This document shows, in pieces, positions 29,489 to 39,317 of a stretch of 64,000 bases of DNA. The DNA lies in NCBI GenBank assembly GCA_035539595.1, contig DATLIB010000173.1:4988-68987 (forward strand), written 5' to 3'. Position numbers and translations under genes: made by a program. The notes below the pieces were generated by a model. It saw only the letters and a list, made by a program, of their open reading frames with translations. It searched no databases and was not told the origin of the DNA. The DNA comes from Noviherbaspirillum sp. (lineage in GTDB: Bacteria; Pseudomonadota; Gammaproteobacteria; Burkholderiales; Burkholderiaceae_D). Position 1 is the stretch's first letter, and each line of letters opens with the position of its first letter.

Positions 29489-29879
29489 GACACCGCCCAG
29501 TACCGCCGCCAACGATTGTTGCCTTCAATCGAACGGCGCCGCGCTCGATCAACTCTTCCAGCGCACATTTGACTTGCTTAGGCTGAATCTCGCCGCCGAC
29601 CCGTTGGTGGATGTCGCTGATCGCAGGCTTGGGGTAGCGCTGGTCTTCGAGTACCAGCGCGGCCAAGCGATGCGGTTCAATGCGCTTCAGGGTGGTTTCA
29701 CCGGTGAAGTTGAGACTGCACAGCAGGCCCGGATCAACAAAGTAGCGCGTGGCCTGAGTGCGTCCGGCACTTTGCACCAGTTGCCCATCCACCAGGCGCT
29801 TGAGCCAGGAGGGCGGGGCATCGCGCGTGGGGCGTTTAAGCTTGGTGGCCAACTCACGGGTGATTAGGGCGTCGTGCTG
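29485..29879 (-). pseudogene. C-terminal fragment of a winged-helix protein (probably AlbA_2/RecG-C type ATP-binding regulator), 5' truncated and frameshifted
   Basis: QHDALITRELA..WLKRLV..SAGRTQATRYFV and, after a 1 nt shift, EGNNRWRRYWAVS* with ATGA overlap onto rhuM; family call from memory. Confidence 0.65.
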
Positions 29880-29915
29880 ATGTTTTATGAAACGCCGTGA
29901 AACGATGCCTTCGGG

Positions 29916-31007
29916 CTAAACGTTGAACAGGAAGTTCAACACATCACCGTCCTTGACGACATATTCCTTGCCCTCAGCGCGCATCTTGCCTGCCTCTTTC
30001 GCGCCCTGTTCACCCTTGCAGGCGATGAAGTCGTCGTAAGAAATGGTTTGCGCCCGAATGAATCCGCGTTCGAAATCGGTATGGATTACTCCTGCTGCCT
30101 GGGGAGCCGTATTGCCGACATGTATGGTCCAGGCACGCACTTCCTTGACGCCGGCAGTGAAGTAAGTTTGCAGGCCGAGCAGTTTGAATGCAGCGCGGAT
30201 CAAACGGTCCAGACCAGGCTCTTCCATGCCCATGTCGGCCAGGAATGCCCCCTTGTCCTCGTCGTCGAGGTCGGCGATCTCCGCTTCAATGGCGGCGCAG
30301 ATAGCGACGATCGGCGCATTTTGTTCCTTGGCGTAGGCGGTTAGTTGATCCAGCAGCGGATTGTTGGTGAAGCCAGTATCCGACACGTTGGCAACGTACA
30401 TTGCCGGCTTTGCCGTGATCAGGCATAACGGCTTGATCAACGCCATTTCTTCCGCATCCAAGCCCATTGCACGCACCGGTTTGGCATCGTTCAATTGCGG
30501 CAGGATGCGTTCCAGCAGTGCGACCAGCTTGGCCGCGTCCTTATCGCCGGATCTGGCTTTCTTGTTTTCACGATGGATTGCCTTATCGACGGTACCCATG
30601 TCGGCCAATGCAAGTTCGGTTTGGATTACCGCGATGTCGTCAAGCGGACTAACCTTGCCAGCAACGTGTATCACGTTCGGGTCCTCGAAGCAGCGCACGA
30701 CGTTAACAATTGCATCGGTTTCGCGGATGTGCGCAAGAAATTGGTTGCCGAGGCCTTCACCTTTGGAGGCACCTGCCACCAGTCCGGCGATATCGACGAA
30801 CTCCACGACTGCCGGCACAACGCGCTCGGGCTGGATGATTTCTGCCAGCACATTCAGACGTGGGTCGGGGACTTCGACGACACCCACGTTTGGTTCGATG
30901 GTGCAAAAGGGATAGTTTTCTGCAGCGATGCCTGCTTTGGTCAGCGCGTTAAAAAGAGTGGATTTGCCGACATTAGGCAGGCCGACGATGCCGCATTGGA
31001 GACTCAT
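29916..31007 (-). CDS. ychF: Redox-regulated ATPase YchF
   Basis: [30 protein letters not shown] domain ending FLFNV. Confidence 0.98.
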   Translation of the reverse strand: MSLQCGIVGLPNVGKSTLFNALTKAGIAAENYPFCTIEPNVGVVEVPDPRLNVLAEIIQPERVVPAVVEFVDIAGLVAGASKGEGLGNQFLAHIRETDAIVNVVRCFEDPNVIHVAGKVSPLDDIAVIQTELALADMGTVDKAIHRENKKARSGDKDAAKLVALLERILPQLNDAKPVRAMGLDAEEMALIKPLCLITAKPAMYVANVSDTGFTNNPLLDQLTAYAKEQNAPIVAICAAIEAEIADLDDEDKGAFLADMGMEEPGLDRLIRAAFKLLGLQTYFTAGVKEVRAWTIHVGNTAPQAAGVIHTDFERGFIRAQTISYDDFIACKGEQGAKEAGKMRAEGKEYVVKDGDVLNFLFNV

Positions 31008-31063
31008 GGTGTGTACTTCGCGAAGGAGATGAATTAACGCGCTATTTTACCGTAGCAGAAGAG

Positions 31064-32158
31064 TCAGATCGCTCGCACCTGCTCCAGGTTGGGCTTTTCG
31101 ACAAACTGGGCCAAGGTGTCGCGCAGACGTTCTCCTTCGGCGATGGCCAGTTTCCAGTTGAGAACGCGATACGCATCGTTGGTGCCATAGTAGTGAAAAT
31201 CCTTGCGATCCGGCAGTTTGCCGCGCGACAGTGTCTGCAAAAATGCAGGAGATGGTGAAACCATGATCACGTTATTAAGCCAGTCATGGTTGCGACCGAA
31301 GTGGGCACGCCTCCATGGTAATGGCTTGTCGAGCCAGCCCGGGATGATCTGGCCGGCGAAGTGGGGGTAAAGCACAAGGCCGCCTTCCGGATTGCCGGCC
31401 GCGCGGGAATAGGGGAGAGCCAAGTGATAGTCAATCAGGCCCCCATCCCAATAGGTACCGAGGGGGGCCTGCGGAATATGACGCACTGGCTCCATCGTTA
31501 ACGGCACGGTGCCGGAGGCGAGCAGAGCACTGGCGATATTGTGCGGCGATAGCGGGGCGAATCCTGTGTTGAAGGCATCGAATTTTGCTTTTAGCCAGAA
31601 AGCGGGATCACGCTGATCGTAAAACACTACCCGGGCAAGGTGGTTTGCCAATTGTGATCGAGATAGCAGGTTGCCGAATGCGGCAATGCCAAAGCCGATA
31701 CTGACTGACGTATCCGTCCGAGGTGCCTTCAGCAAGCCACGACCACGCGTTGCCAACACTTGCAAGCGGAAGTGGGGATGACCGAGGATTTCGGTCTCGT
31801 GCCCGCCAATCAGGTTCTCAAGGAGGTTTTTGCAAGACTGCGAAACGAAACGCGCCGATGGCCGATGCGGATAGGATTGCTCGCAATATAGGTCACTCAA
31901 GCGCTGAAAAGCAGCGACAGGATCAGCATGACATGCGGCCGCCATGCGCCATGCACCGATTGAGGCCCCAATCAGTGTCCGCTCGCGCGGAGCCGACGGT
32001 AGCCAATTCCCGAACAGCCATTGATCCAAGTGTTGGAAAATCAGTCCTTCCGGACCGCCGGCGGCTGCCGGAACTATTGCGATATCCTGCGCGCGCAAGC
32101 CATGCTCACGCAGATGTGCCAGCGCGTTCGGCCCAGCCTGGATTATCAGGGAGTGCAT
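31064..32158 (-). CDS. Patatin-like phospholipase family protein
   Basis: AAGGP glycine loop, GASIG nucleophile elbow, WDGG catalytic Asp. Confidence 0.85.
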   Translation of the reverse strand: MHSLIIQAGPNALAHLREHGLRAQDIAIVPAAAGGPEGLIFQHLDQWLFGNWLPSAPRERTLIGASIGAWRMAAACHADPVAAFQRLSDLYCEQSYPHRPSARFVSQSCKNLLENLIGGHETEILGHPHFRLQVLATRGRGLLKAPRTDTSVSIGFGIAAFGNLLSRSQLANHLARVVFYDQRDPAFWLKAKFDAFNTGFAPLSPHNIASALLASGTVPLTMEPVRHIPQAPLGTYWDGGLIDYHLALPYSRAAGNPEGGLVLYPHFAGQIIPGWLDKPLPWRRAHFGRNHDWLNNVIMVSPSPAFLQTLSRGKLPDRKDFHYYGTNDAYRVLNWKLAIAEGERLRDTLAQFVEKPNLEQVRAI

Positions 32159-32255
32159 TGCCTAGGGTTGGTATTCGTCGTTGAAATCAGGGGAGGGCTA
32201 GGGGAATGGGTTCTCAACCTGACATCTGACGGACTTACACCGCCGCCGATAATTC

Positions 32256-32834
32256 TCATTTGGCCGTCGAATGAAGACGCATCATCGCTGCTTCGAATTT
32301 TCCCTCGCATAACAACGGAATCACATCGCTGCTTTTTGAAATCGCCTCGTCGATCAAGACTTGGTCTCCCTTGCTCGGACGGTGCAGTACATAGTCGGCA
32401 ACGGCTTGTTGCAGGTTGAATGTACGCGGGTGTCCGATGCCGATGCGCAGGCGCCAGTAGTCTTGTGTGCCGAGCGCTGCGGTAATGTCTTTCAGTCCAT
32501 TGTGTCCGCCGGATGATCCGCCTTTCTTTATTTTCGCTGAACCTGGCGGCAGGTCGAGTTCGTCGTGTACCACCAGAATGTCTGCTGGCAGGATTTTGTA
32601 AAAACGTGCAAGTGCGCCCACCGCTTGACCGGATCGATTCATGTAAGTTTGCGGTTCGAGCAACCATACTTCTTGGCCGACGATTGTCGTCTTCGCTGCT
32701 AACGCGTTGTAACGGGATTCACGTGCCAGTCTACCTGCGGCAAGACTGTCGACTAGCCAGAAGCCTGCGTTGTGGCGTGTTTGCTCGTATGCAGGTCCTG
32801 GATTACCGAGGCCGACGATAAGGCGAATGGGCAT
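32256..32834 (-). CDS. pth: Peptidyl-tRNA hydrolase
   Basis: GLGNPG, TRHNAGF, YMNRSG, GGHNGLK. Confidence 0.97.
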   Translation of the reverse strand: MPIRLIVGLGNPGPAYEQTRHNAGFWLVDSLAAGRLARESRYNALAAKTTIVGQEVWLLEPQTYMNRSGQAVGALARFYKILPADILVVHDELDLPPGSAKIKKGGSSGGHNGLKDITAALGTQDYWRLRIGIGHPRTFNLQQAVADYVLHRPSKGDQVLIDEAISKSSDVIPLLCEGKFEAAMMRLHSTAK

Positions 32835-32972
32835 GAATTTGCAGTGTTCGTGCAGATGGCGAGCAAATCCGCACGGGATTTAAAGTGAAAAAGTGATTAT
32901 CAGGGAAGTCCGTGCTTGCCGTCCAATTCCAGTATCGTTTTACGCTGTCTCGGATCAGTACGGACGGGGGCG

Positions 32973-33001
32973 AAAAAAAACCCGCCAAATGGCGGGTTTT
33001 T
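32973..33001 (-). terminator. Intrinsic terminator after rplY
   Basis: aaaaaaaacccgcca-aa-tggcgggttttt. Confidence 0.85.
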
Positions 33002-33029
33002 CAAGACATTGCTGCCTATGTCGTACTGA

Positions 33030-33641
33030 TTACTTCTTTTCACTTTCTTCGCTCGCAGCGGCATCACTTGCTGAAACCTGGCCGGCTGGAACGCTGGCGA
33101 TGGCGATAGTAGGATTATCTTGGCCATGCAGCGCCGGAGTAACGCCCTTGGGCAGCTTGATATCGGATAGATGGACCGAAGCACCTGCTTCTATGGTCGA
33201 GAGGTCCACTTCAACGAATTCAGGCAGATCGGACGGGAGGCAGCTAACATCCAGTTCATTCATCACATGGCTGATGATTGCGCCGCCAAGCTTCACGGCC
33301 GGGGAGACATCAGCATTGATGAAGTGCAAAGGCACCTTGACGTGAATCTTCTGTTTTGCATCGACGCGCTGAAAGTCGGCGTGCAGCACGATTTGCTTAT
33401 AAGCGTGCATCTGGAAGTCGCGCAGCAGAACCTTCTCTACTTTGCCTTCGATTTCCATGTCGAGAATCGACGAATGGAATGCTTCTTTCTTTAGGGCGTG
33501 GAACAATGCATTGTGGTCCAGCGTGATCGCGACCGGTGTAGCGGTACCACCGTAAATGATGCCAGGTGTCTGACCCGCATTGCGCAGGCGGCGGCTCGCT
33601 CCGGACCCCTGTTCTTTGCGTGGGAATGCGATTACTTTCAT
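33030..33641 (-). CDS. rplY: 50S ribosomal protein L25/Ctc
   Basis: [30 protein letters not shown]. Confidence 0.96.
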   Translation of the reverse strand: MKVIAFPRKEQGSGASRRLRNAGQTPGIIYGGTATPVAITLDHNALFHALKKEAFHSSILDMEIEGKVEKVLLRDFQMHAYKQIVLHADFQRVDAKQKIHVKVPLHFINADVSPAVKLGGAIISHVMNELDVSCLPSDLPEFVEVDLSTIEAGASVHLSDIKLPKGVTPALHGQDNPTIAIASVPAGQVSASDAAASEESEKK

Positions 33642-33738
33642 TTTAAGGCTCCATTGATTGCAAGACATGCTGCCTTGCGTTGCATCCCCCGCGACCAGGG
33701 GACTTAAAACTCTTCCCTTGAAAAGGGAGGAGGAAAAT

Positions 33739-34689
33739 TTAATCGACGAACAACGAACTAACCGAGTCGCCCTTGGTGATGCGCTTGAAGGTTTCTGCTA
33801 GCAATTCAGCTGCAGTCAATTGACGAATTTTCGGACAGGCCTTGGCTGTGGCGGTCAGTGGAATAGTATCGGTGACCACCAGTTCATCCAGCGGCGATGT
33901 GGCGATACGATCAATTGCCGGCCCGGATAGCACAGGATGCGTACAGTAAGCAACAACTTTTTTCGCTCCGCGCTCTTTCAGCACCTCAGCGGCTTTGGTA
34001 AGCGTACCGGCAGTATCGACCATGTCATCCATAATCACGCAGTTGCGGCCTTCGACCTCGCCGATGATGTGCATTACTTCGGATACGTTGGCTTTTGGGC
34101 GGCGCTTGTCGATAATCGCGAGATCGCAATTCAGGCGTTTTGCTAACGCACGAGCGCGGACCACACCGCCCACGTCAGGCGACACGACCAACAGGTCGTC
34201 GTAATTTTTTTTGATTAGATCGGTAAGAAGGATCGGCGATGCATAGATGTTGTCTACCGGGATATCGAAGAAGCCCTGAATTTGGTCCGCATGCAGATCC
34301 ATAATCAAGACGCGCTCGACACCTGCTTGTTGCAGCATATTGGCAACCACCTTAGCGGAAATTGCTACGCGTGCGGAACGTGGACGACGATCCTGACGTG
34401 CATAACCGAAATAGGGTATTGCTGCAGTAATGCGACCAGCCGATGCACGTTTCAGTGCGTCGACCATCAACATGATTTCCATCAGGCTGTCGTTAGTCGG
34501 GGCACAAGTGGATTGCAAAACGAACACGTCCTTGCCACGCACGTTTTCATTGATTTCCACCATGACTTCGCCATCGGAAAACTTCGATACAACAGCTTTG
34601 CCGAGAGGAATCCCAAGTTGCTTTGCGACCCCGGCGGCCAACTCCGGATTTGCGTTGCCGGTAAAGACCATCAGGTTTTCAAGCGCCAT
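33739..34689 (-). CDS. prs: Ribose-phosphate pyrophosphokinase
   Basis: [34 protein letters not shown]; start MALENL. Confidence 0.97.
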   Translation of the reverse strand: MALENLMVFTGNANPELAAGVAKQLGIPLGKAVVSKFSDGEVMVEINENVRGKDVFVLQSTCAPTNDSLMEIMLMVDALKRASAGRITAAIPYFGYARQDRRPRSARVAISAKVVANMLQQAGVERVLIMDLHADQIQGFFDIPVDNIYASPILLTDLIKKNYDDLLVVSPDVGGVVRARALAKRLNCDLAIIDKRRPKANVSEVMHIIGEVEGRNCVIMDDMVDTAGTLTKAAEVLKERGAKKVVAYCTHPVLSGPAIDRIATSPLDELVVTDTIPLTATAKACPKIRQLTAAELLAETFKRITKGDSVSSLFVD

Positions 34690-34784
34690 GGAACACCTAA
34701 ATACAATTGGGGTTAGAAGTTTGAAAGCCGCCAAGGCTCGACTATCGTCTTGCATTGGCGGCTTATTGATTTTTCTTATTTTAA

Positions 34785-34861
34785 TGGCAGGGGAAGAAGG
34801 ATTCGAACCTTCGAATGCCGGAATCAAAATCCGGTGCCTTAACCAACTTGGCGACTCCCCT
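34785..34861 (-). tRNA. tRNA-Gln(TTG)
   Basis: Reverse complement AGGGGAGTCGCCAAGTTGGTTAAGGCACCGGATTTTGATTCCGGCATTCGAAGGTTCGAATCCTTCTTCCCCTGCCA; cloverleaf, TTCGAAT loop, CCA end. Confidence 0.97.
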
Positions 34862-34916
34862 ACACAACCGAGTGCTTGTTGTTGCTCCATATTGCAACGT
34901 CAAGCGAATTCTTGAA

Positions 34917-35786
34917 TTACGACCCTAGCAAATGCGAGAGCGGATGCCGCTCGATCGCTTTTGTTTTCCAAACTTTCCAACTCGCCGATCCAGTTTTTTG
35001 TGCTGCGCGCAGCACTTTCTCTGCTTCATGCTCTTGTGAAAACGCGCAAAAAACACAAGCGCCGGATCCTGTCATTCTCGCTTTGCCATATTTACAAAGC
35101 CACTTAATTGCCTTGGCAATTGGTGGAAACATGTTTTCTGCTATAACTTGCAGGTCGTTTCTTCCGAAGCAATTAGGTGCATTGGAAAAGTCCGTCATTG
35201 TGACGGGTTTTGAATCTCTTGTCAATTCTGGATTAGAAAATATCGCTACAGTTGGAACGGAAACGCCGGGTTCGATCACAACATACCAGCAATCAGGTGT
35301 CGCAACCGATACCAGCGCTTCACCGATGCCTTCGGCAAAGGCGTTTTCCCCGAACAGAAAAAAAGGAACATCTGCCCCCAACTGCAAAGCTAGCGTCATT
35401 AGCTCTGCTCGCTTCAAACCGGTCTGCCACAAGTGATTCAATGCGATCAGCGTGGTGGCGGCATTAGAAGAGCCACCACCGAGGCCGCCCCCCATTGGCA
35501 ATCGTTTGTCGACGGCAATGTTGGCGCCAAGGCTTTTGTTTCCCGTAGTCGCCTGGAGTAGATGTGCTGCGCGCACAACCAAGTCAGATGCCTCTGGAAC
35601 CCCGTTCAGCACAGTTGTGCGGTGAATGAGACCGTCGTCACGCACCTGAAAATGCAGTAAATCGCCATAATCGACCAATTGGAAGACAGTTTGCAGCAAG
35701 TGGTAACCGTCTGGACGCCGGCCCGTAATGTGCAAAAACAGATTCAACTTGGCTGGTGCAAGGCAATTCGTTAATGTGTTTGCCAT
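34917..35786 (-). CDS. ispE: CDP-ME kinase
   Basis: [36 protein letters not shown]. Confidence 0.96.
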   Translation of the reverse strand: MANTLTNCLAPAKLNLFLHITGRRPDGYHLLQTVFQLVDYGDLLHFQVRDDGLIHRTTVLNGVPEASDLVVRAAHLLQATTGNKSLGANIAVDKRLPMGGGLGGGSSNAATTLIALNHLWQTGLKRAELMTLALQLGADVPFFLFGENAFAEGIGEALVSVATPDCWYVVIEPGVSVPTVAIFSNPELTRDSKPVTMTDFSNAPNCFGRNDLQVIAENMFPPIAKAIKWLCKYGKARMTGSGACVFCAFSQEHEAEKVLRAAQKTGSASWKVWKTKAIERHPLSHLLGS

Positions 35787-36400
35787 GTATCGATCACAAT
35801 GCGAAGTGATACGTTGCCTGCTTGTTCCGTCAGGCGGGCGAGGTCGATGCGTTTCGGGCGGTGCGTTGTCGATAGACTTGCCTGGTTTTCCCAGGTTGCA
35901 TAATGAATCTGCCAACCGTCGTGTGTCGTGATCGTTGCATCTTGCGGTGTGGCGATGAAATGTTTGCCGTGGCCATCTACGCCAAAACCCTGTAGCCAGC
36001 GGCGTAAACCTGCCACAGGCAGTGGCCATCCCAAGGTGTCTGCAGTGAGGGCATCTACGCCGGCAGCAGCACGCGTGGACTGTCCGTTCTGTATTAGCGT
36101 GGCACCGTCAGGTCGCACCTCAATAAGCGCGATGGTTTGACCGAGGGGGGAAAGTAGGGTTACCGTAGTGTGCAGTGGGGTTTGCCGCCAGACGAAACTG
36201 CCATGCATGGCTTCGTCTTGGCGTGGCCCTCGATAACGTATCGAAAGCCGGCCGGCGAGAGTGATTTCCTCCCAGTAAACGCGTTGCACTGCCTCTGCGG
36301 CGATTTTCTGTTCCACGGTGGCAGGAGGGGCAAGACTGGCGCACCCCGTCAACAGTAATGCCAAGGCAAACGCCCCGCGTTGTGGGAGTAGAGCCTTCAT
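35771..36400 (-). CDS. lolB: Outer membrane lipoprotein LolB
   Basis: LTGC lipobox, [17 protein letters not shown]; upstream of ispE. Confidence 0.92.
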   Translation of the reverse strand: MKALLPQRGAFALALLLTGCASLAPPATVEQKIAAEAVQRVYWEEITLAGRLSIRYRGPRQDEAMHGSFVWRQTPLHTTVTLLSPLGQTIALIEVRPDGATLIQNGQSTRAAAGVDALTADTLGWPLPVAGLRRWLQGFGVDGHGKHFIATPQDATITTHDGWQIHYATWENQASLSTTHRPKRIDLARLTEQAGNVSLRIVIDTWQTH

Positions 36401-38196
36401 AAACTAACGTTCAGTCGCGCCAACGTGCTCTTGAGCGTGTCGTTTTGGGGATCTTTTATTTGTGCATCCCGCCACAGTTTTTGCGCGTCTTCCTTTTGCC
36501 CTTTTGCCCACAGAACCTCTCCAAGGTGGGCTGCGATTTCGACATCAGAGCGTAATCCATACGCCCGACGAAGCATCGCTTCGGCCTCTTTCAGTCGTCC
36601 AAGTCGGAATTGCACCCAGCCCATGCTGTCCATGATGAAAGGGTCTTCCGGCGCGAGTTGCAACGCTTTTTCGATCAGGGTATATGCTTCGTCTAGGCGT
36701 ATGTTGCGTTCCGCCAGTGAATAACCTAGAGCGTTGTAAGCGTGCTGGTTATTTGGCGCGAGTTTCATCATGTTGCGCAGCGCGTTCTCCATCACTGTCC
36801 ACTGTCCGATTTTTTCCGCCGCCATCGCATAGTCGTACAGCAGGTCGGTATTGTTCGGAAAACGCTTAATGCCAGCACCAAGCACATTCATGGCCTCTTG
36901 CAAGCGATTTGCGTTGCGTAAAATATGGCCTTCTGCAATGATAATCTGAGCCTGTTCGCGCTCATCGCTGACGTCAATTTCGCCAAGTAATTTACGGGCT
37001 CCTGTTACGTCACCGCGTTTTGCAATGACTTGTGCGCGCTTGATCTGTGCATTCAGATATGTTGCACCCGGTTCGATTTGACCGAGCCATTTGAGCACGG
37101 CGTCTGTATCTTGGCGTTCTTCGGCAATCTGGGCGAGCAGCAGCAAGGCCTGCGCAGGGTCGCGCTCTTCGTCCGGCTTGGCGGCGAGGATGTCAAGATA
37201 GGCCGTCAAGTATTTTTCGGCCGTCTTGAAGTCATTGGTTTGGATGCACAGTACACCAAGTGCGTAAAGCGTTGTCAGGTCTTCTGGTTGCAATTTGAGG
37301 AGCGCTTCGAATTCGTTGCGTGCCTTTGTATATTCTTTGTTTTCAATCAGCATGCGCGCATACGCCATGCGAACGTCAATTGCCTTGGGGTGGCTGTTCA
37401 CAAAATCCGTCAGCAGCTTGGCGGCTTCCTCCTTGTCTTGTGTTACCTGTATTAGCGCGAGAATCGCTAATTCGGAATCAGGCTTGATTTTCAGCGCTAA
37501 TTGCGCTTCTTGGCGCGCCCGTTGCATGTCGCCACTGGCGTATGCAGCTTGTGCAAGGGCTAGGTGTGCTTCCGGCAACTCAGGATAAACTGCAAGCACT
37601 TGCTCCAAAAGCAAGAATGCTTCCTGTTTATTCTTGGCTCGTGTCAGCAGTCGCTGCATTTGAAAGGCCAGCAGGCCTTGAGTTTGGGGACGTGCTTCTC
37701 GCATGCGTTGCTCGAGAATAGGTTTTGCATCCGCCAAGTTGTCGCTCAAGATAATAAAGCTGAGGTGGTACTGCGTTGCTTCATCGGAATCCGGTGCTAG
37801 CGAGCGCCATAAGCGAACGGCACTCAAGGCGGCATCAGCTTGTTTTGCACCCAAGGCCATTTCGGCGGCGCGTCGGGCGACACGCGGATCGCGGGTTTGC
37901 TGCGCAATTGCCAACGTTGTCACGTATGCGGTTTGCCAATCCCCACGCTGGTAAGCGATTTCGGAACTCAGTAGCTTAAACAATAGATCTTCTGTCAGGT
38001 CGATGGTGGGAAGTTCATCTTCGGACCTCCGTTCGTCCACCATGCTGGCGGTATTGGACATGGCCGTTTGTTTTTTTGCCATGTTTTCTTGTGGCGTACT
38101 TGATGCTGCGACCGCATTCGTATCAAGCGGATGGGGGGCGGTCGCACACGCCGACAATATGACCGAGAGAGTTACAATGAGAAAAGTGTTTTTCAC
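36397..38196 (-). CDS. Tetratricopeptide repeat lipoprotein
   Basis: LSAC lipobox, multiple TPRs, NALGYSLA, DSMGWV, AHLGEVLW. Confidence 0.9.
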   Translation of the reverse strand: MKNTFLIVTLSVILSACATAPHPLDTNAVAASSTPQENMAKKQTAMSNTASMVDERRSEDELPTIDLTEDLLFKLLSSEIAYQRGDWQTAYVTTLAIAQQTRDPRVARRAAEMALGAKQADAALSAVRLWRSLAPDSDEATQYHLSFIILSDNLADAKPILEQRMREARPQTQGLLAFQMQRLLTRAKNKQEAFLLLEQVLAVYPELPEAHLALAQAAYASGDMQRARQEAQLALKIKPDSELAILALIQVTQDKEEAAKLLTDFVNSHPKAIDVRMAYARMLIENKEYTKARNEFEALLKLQPEDLTTLYALGVLCIQTNDFKTAEKYLTAYLDILAAKPDEERDPAQALLLLAQIAEERQDTDAVLKWLGQIEPGATYLNAQIKRAQVIAKRGDVTGARKLLGEIDVSDEREQAQIIIAEGHILRNANRLQEAMNVLGAGIKRFPNNTDLLYDYAMAAEKIGQWTVMENALRNMMKLAPNNQHAYNALGYSLAERNIRLDEAYTLIEKALQLAPEDPFIMDSMGWVQFRLGRLKEAEAMLRRAYGLRSDVEIAAHLGEVLWAKGQKEDAQKLWRDAQIKDPQNDTLKSTLARLNVSL

Positions 38197-38324
38197 GGGA
38201 CGTTCCCAGCTAATCGAGCGGGTTCAATTCTACGCCCAACCGCGTTGCCATGCGCGGGCGTGAGATGTATACATAGCACGTTTGCTCTGCTTTAAACTTA
38301 TCTTCCTACAAGAATTGCCTTGCC

Positions 38325-39146
38325 ATGCCAGAATTACCCGAAGTCGAAGTCACCCGACGAGGCGTTGCGCCTCATCTTGAGGGGCGCGTAGTTACCGCTG
38401 TTACCTTGCGGCATAGTGGATTGCGCTGGCCTTTTCCGACTGATTTACAAGAACGTCTTTGTGGGTGTGTGATTCGTGCTACCGGACGACGCGGCAAATA
38501 CTTATTGATCCGGTTCGATCATGGCACCTTGATTGTCCATTTGGGAATGTCGGGCCATTTGCGCATTTTGCCGTTGGATGTGCCGCCACAGAAGCACGAT
38601 CATTTCGAACTGACCGTCGGCGACCAGTTGTTACGCATGACCGACCCGCGTCGTTTCGGTGCGGTTCTGTGGCATGGGTGTGATGAAGGGGCGATCGACG
38701 AACATATCCTGCTTAGAGGGTTAGGGATCGAGCCGCTGGAAGAGGGGTTCGACGCCCAACTGCTATATCGGCAGACACGTCGCCGCAGCGCGCCCATCAA
38801 GCAGGTGTTGCTTGCGGGAGATGTCGTGGTTGGTGTCGGCAATATTTACGCATCGGAAAGCCTGTTCAAGGCAGGAATTAATCCGAAAACCGCTGCGCAC
38901 CGTATCGGTATGGCGCGTTATGAAAAGCTGGCGTGGGCAATTCGTGAAACGCTAGCGGCTGCAATCGAGCAGGGCGGTAGCACTCTGCGTGATTTTATGG
39001 CGGCAAACGGTCAGCCTGGATACTTTCAGCAAAATTATTTTGTTTATGACCGGGCGGGACAGGCATGCTACCTATGTGGTACGACAGTGCATCAGATCAA
39101 GCAAGGACAACGTTCGACATTTTATTGCCCAAATTGTCAAAAATAG
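38325..39146 (+). CDS. mutM: Formamidopyrimidine-DNA glycosylase
   Basis: [24 protein letters not shown]-terminal zinc finger. Confidence 0.97.
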   Translation: MPELPEVEVTRRGVAPHLEGRVVTAVTLRHSGLRWPFPTDLQERLCGCVIRATGRRGKYLLIRFDHGTLIVHLGMSGHLRILPLDVPPQKHDHFELTVGDQLLRMTDPRRFGAVLWHGCDEGAIDEHILLRGLGIEPLEEGFDAQLLYRQTRRRSAPIKQVLLAGDVVVGVGNIYASESLFKAGINPKTAAHRIGMARYEKLAWAIRETLAAAIEQGGSTLRDFMAANGQPGYFQQNYFVYDRAGQACYLCGTTVHQIKQGQRSTFYCPNCQK

Positions 39147-39317
39147 GAACGGATGCTAGTGTAAGGTGTTCCCAATAGGGAACGGCACCTTCCAATGTTG
39201 CTCGCGCCTGAACGCGAATTGCTATGAGGCATCGTACAAAAACACATGCCGGCATGTTTGATCAATAGCAAGAAATGTAAACCTTCATGTCTCTGATGCC
39301 GAACAGTAGAGGATAAC

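Larger units (their letters stand above)
23939..29880 (-). mobile_element. Decayed genomic island downstream of ychF (integrase absent)
   Basis: Co-oriented accessory genes and several pseudogenes; a truncated gene begins ~36 nt after the ychF stop; no att duplication found, so boundaries are approximate. Confidence 0.7.

Noticed and set aside
32908-32965. Imperfect stem between the rplY terminator and pth as a possible sRNA
   Set aside because: Short imperfect pairing only; no promoter or conservation evidence visible
34725-34861. tRNA-Gln as an island integration site
   Set aside because: Flanked by ispE and prs in normal order; no integrase or duplicated 3' end seen
33739-36029. Long N-terminal extensions of prs and ispE in the ORF track
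   Set aside because: They run through tRNA-Gln and lolB respectively; downstream ATGs match the family starts
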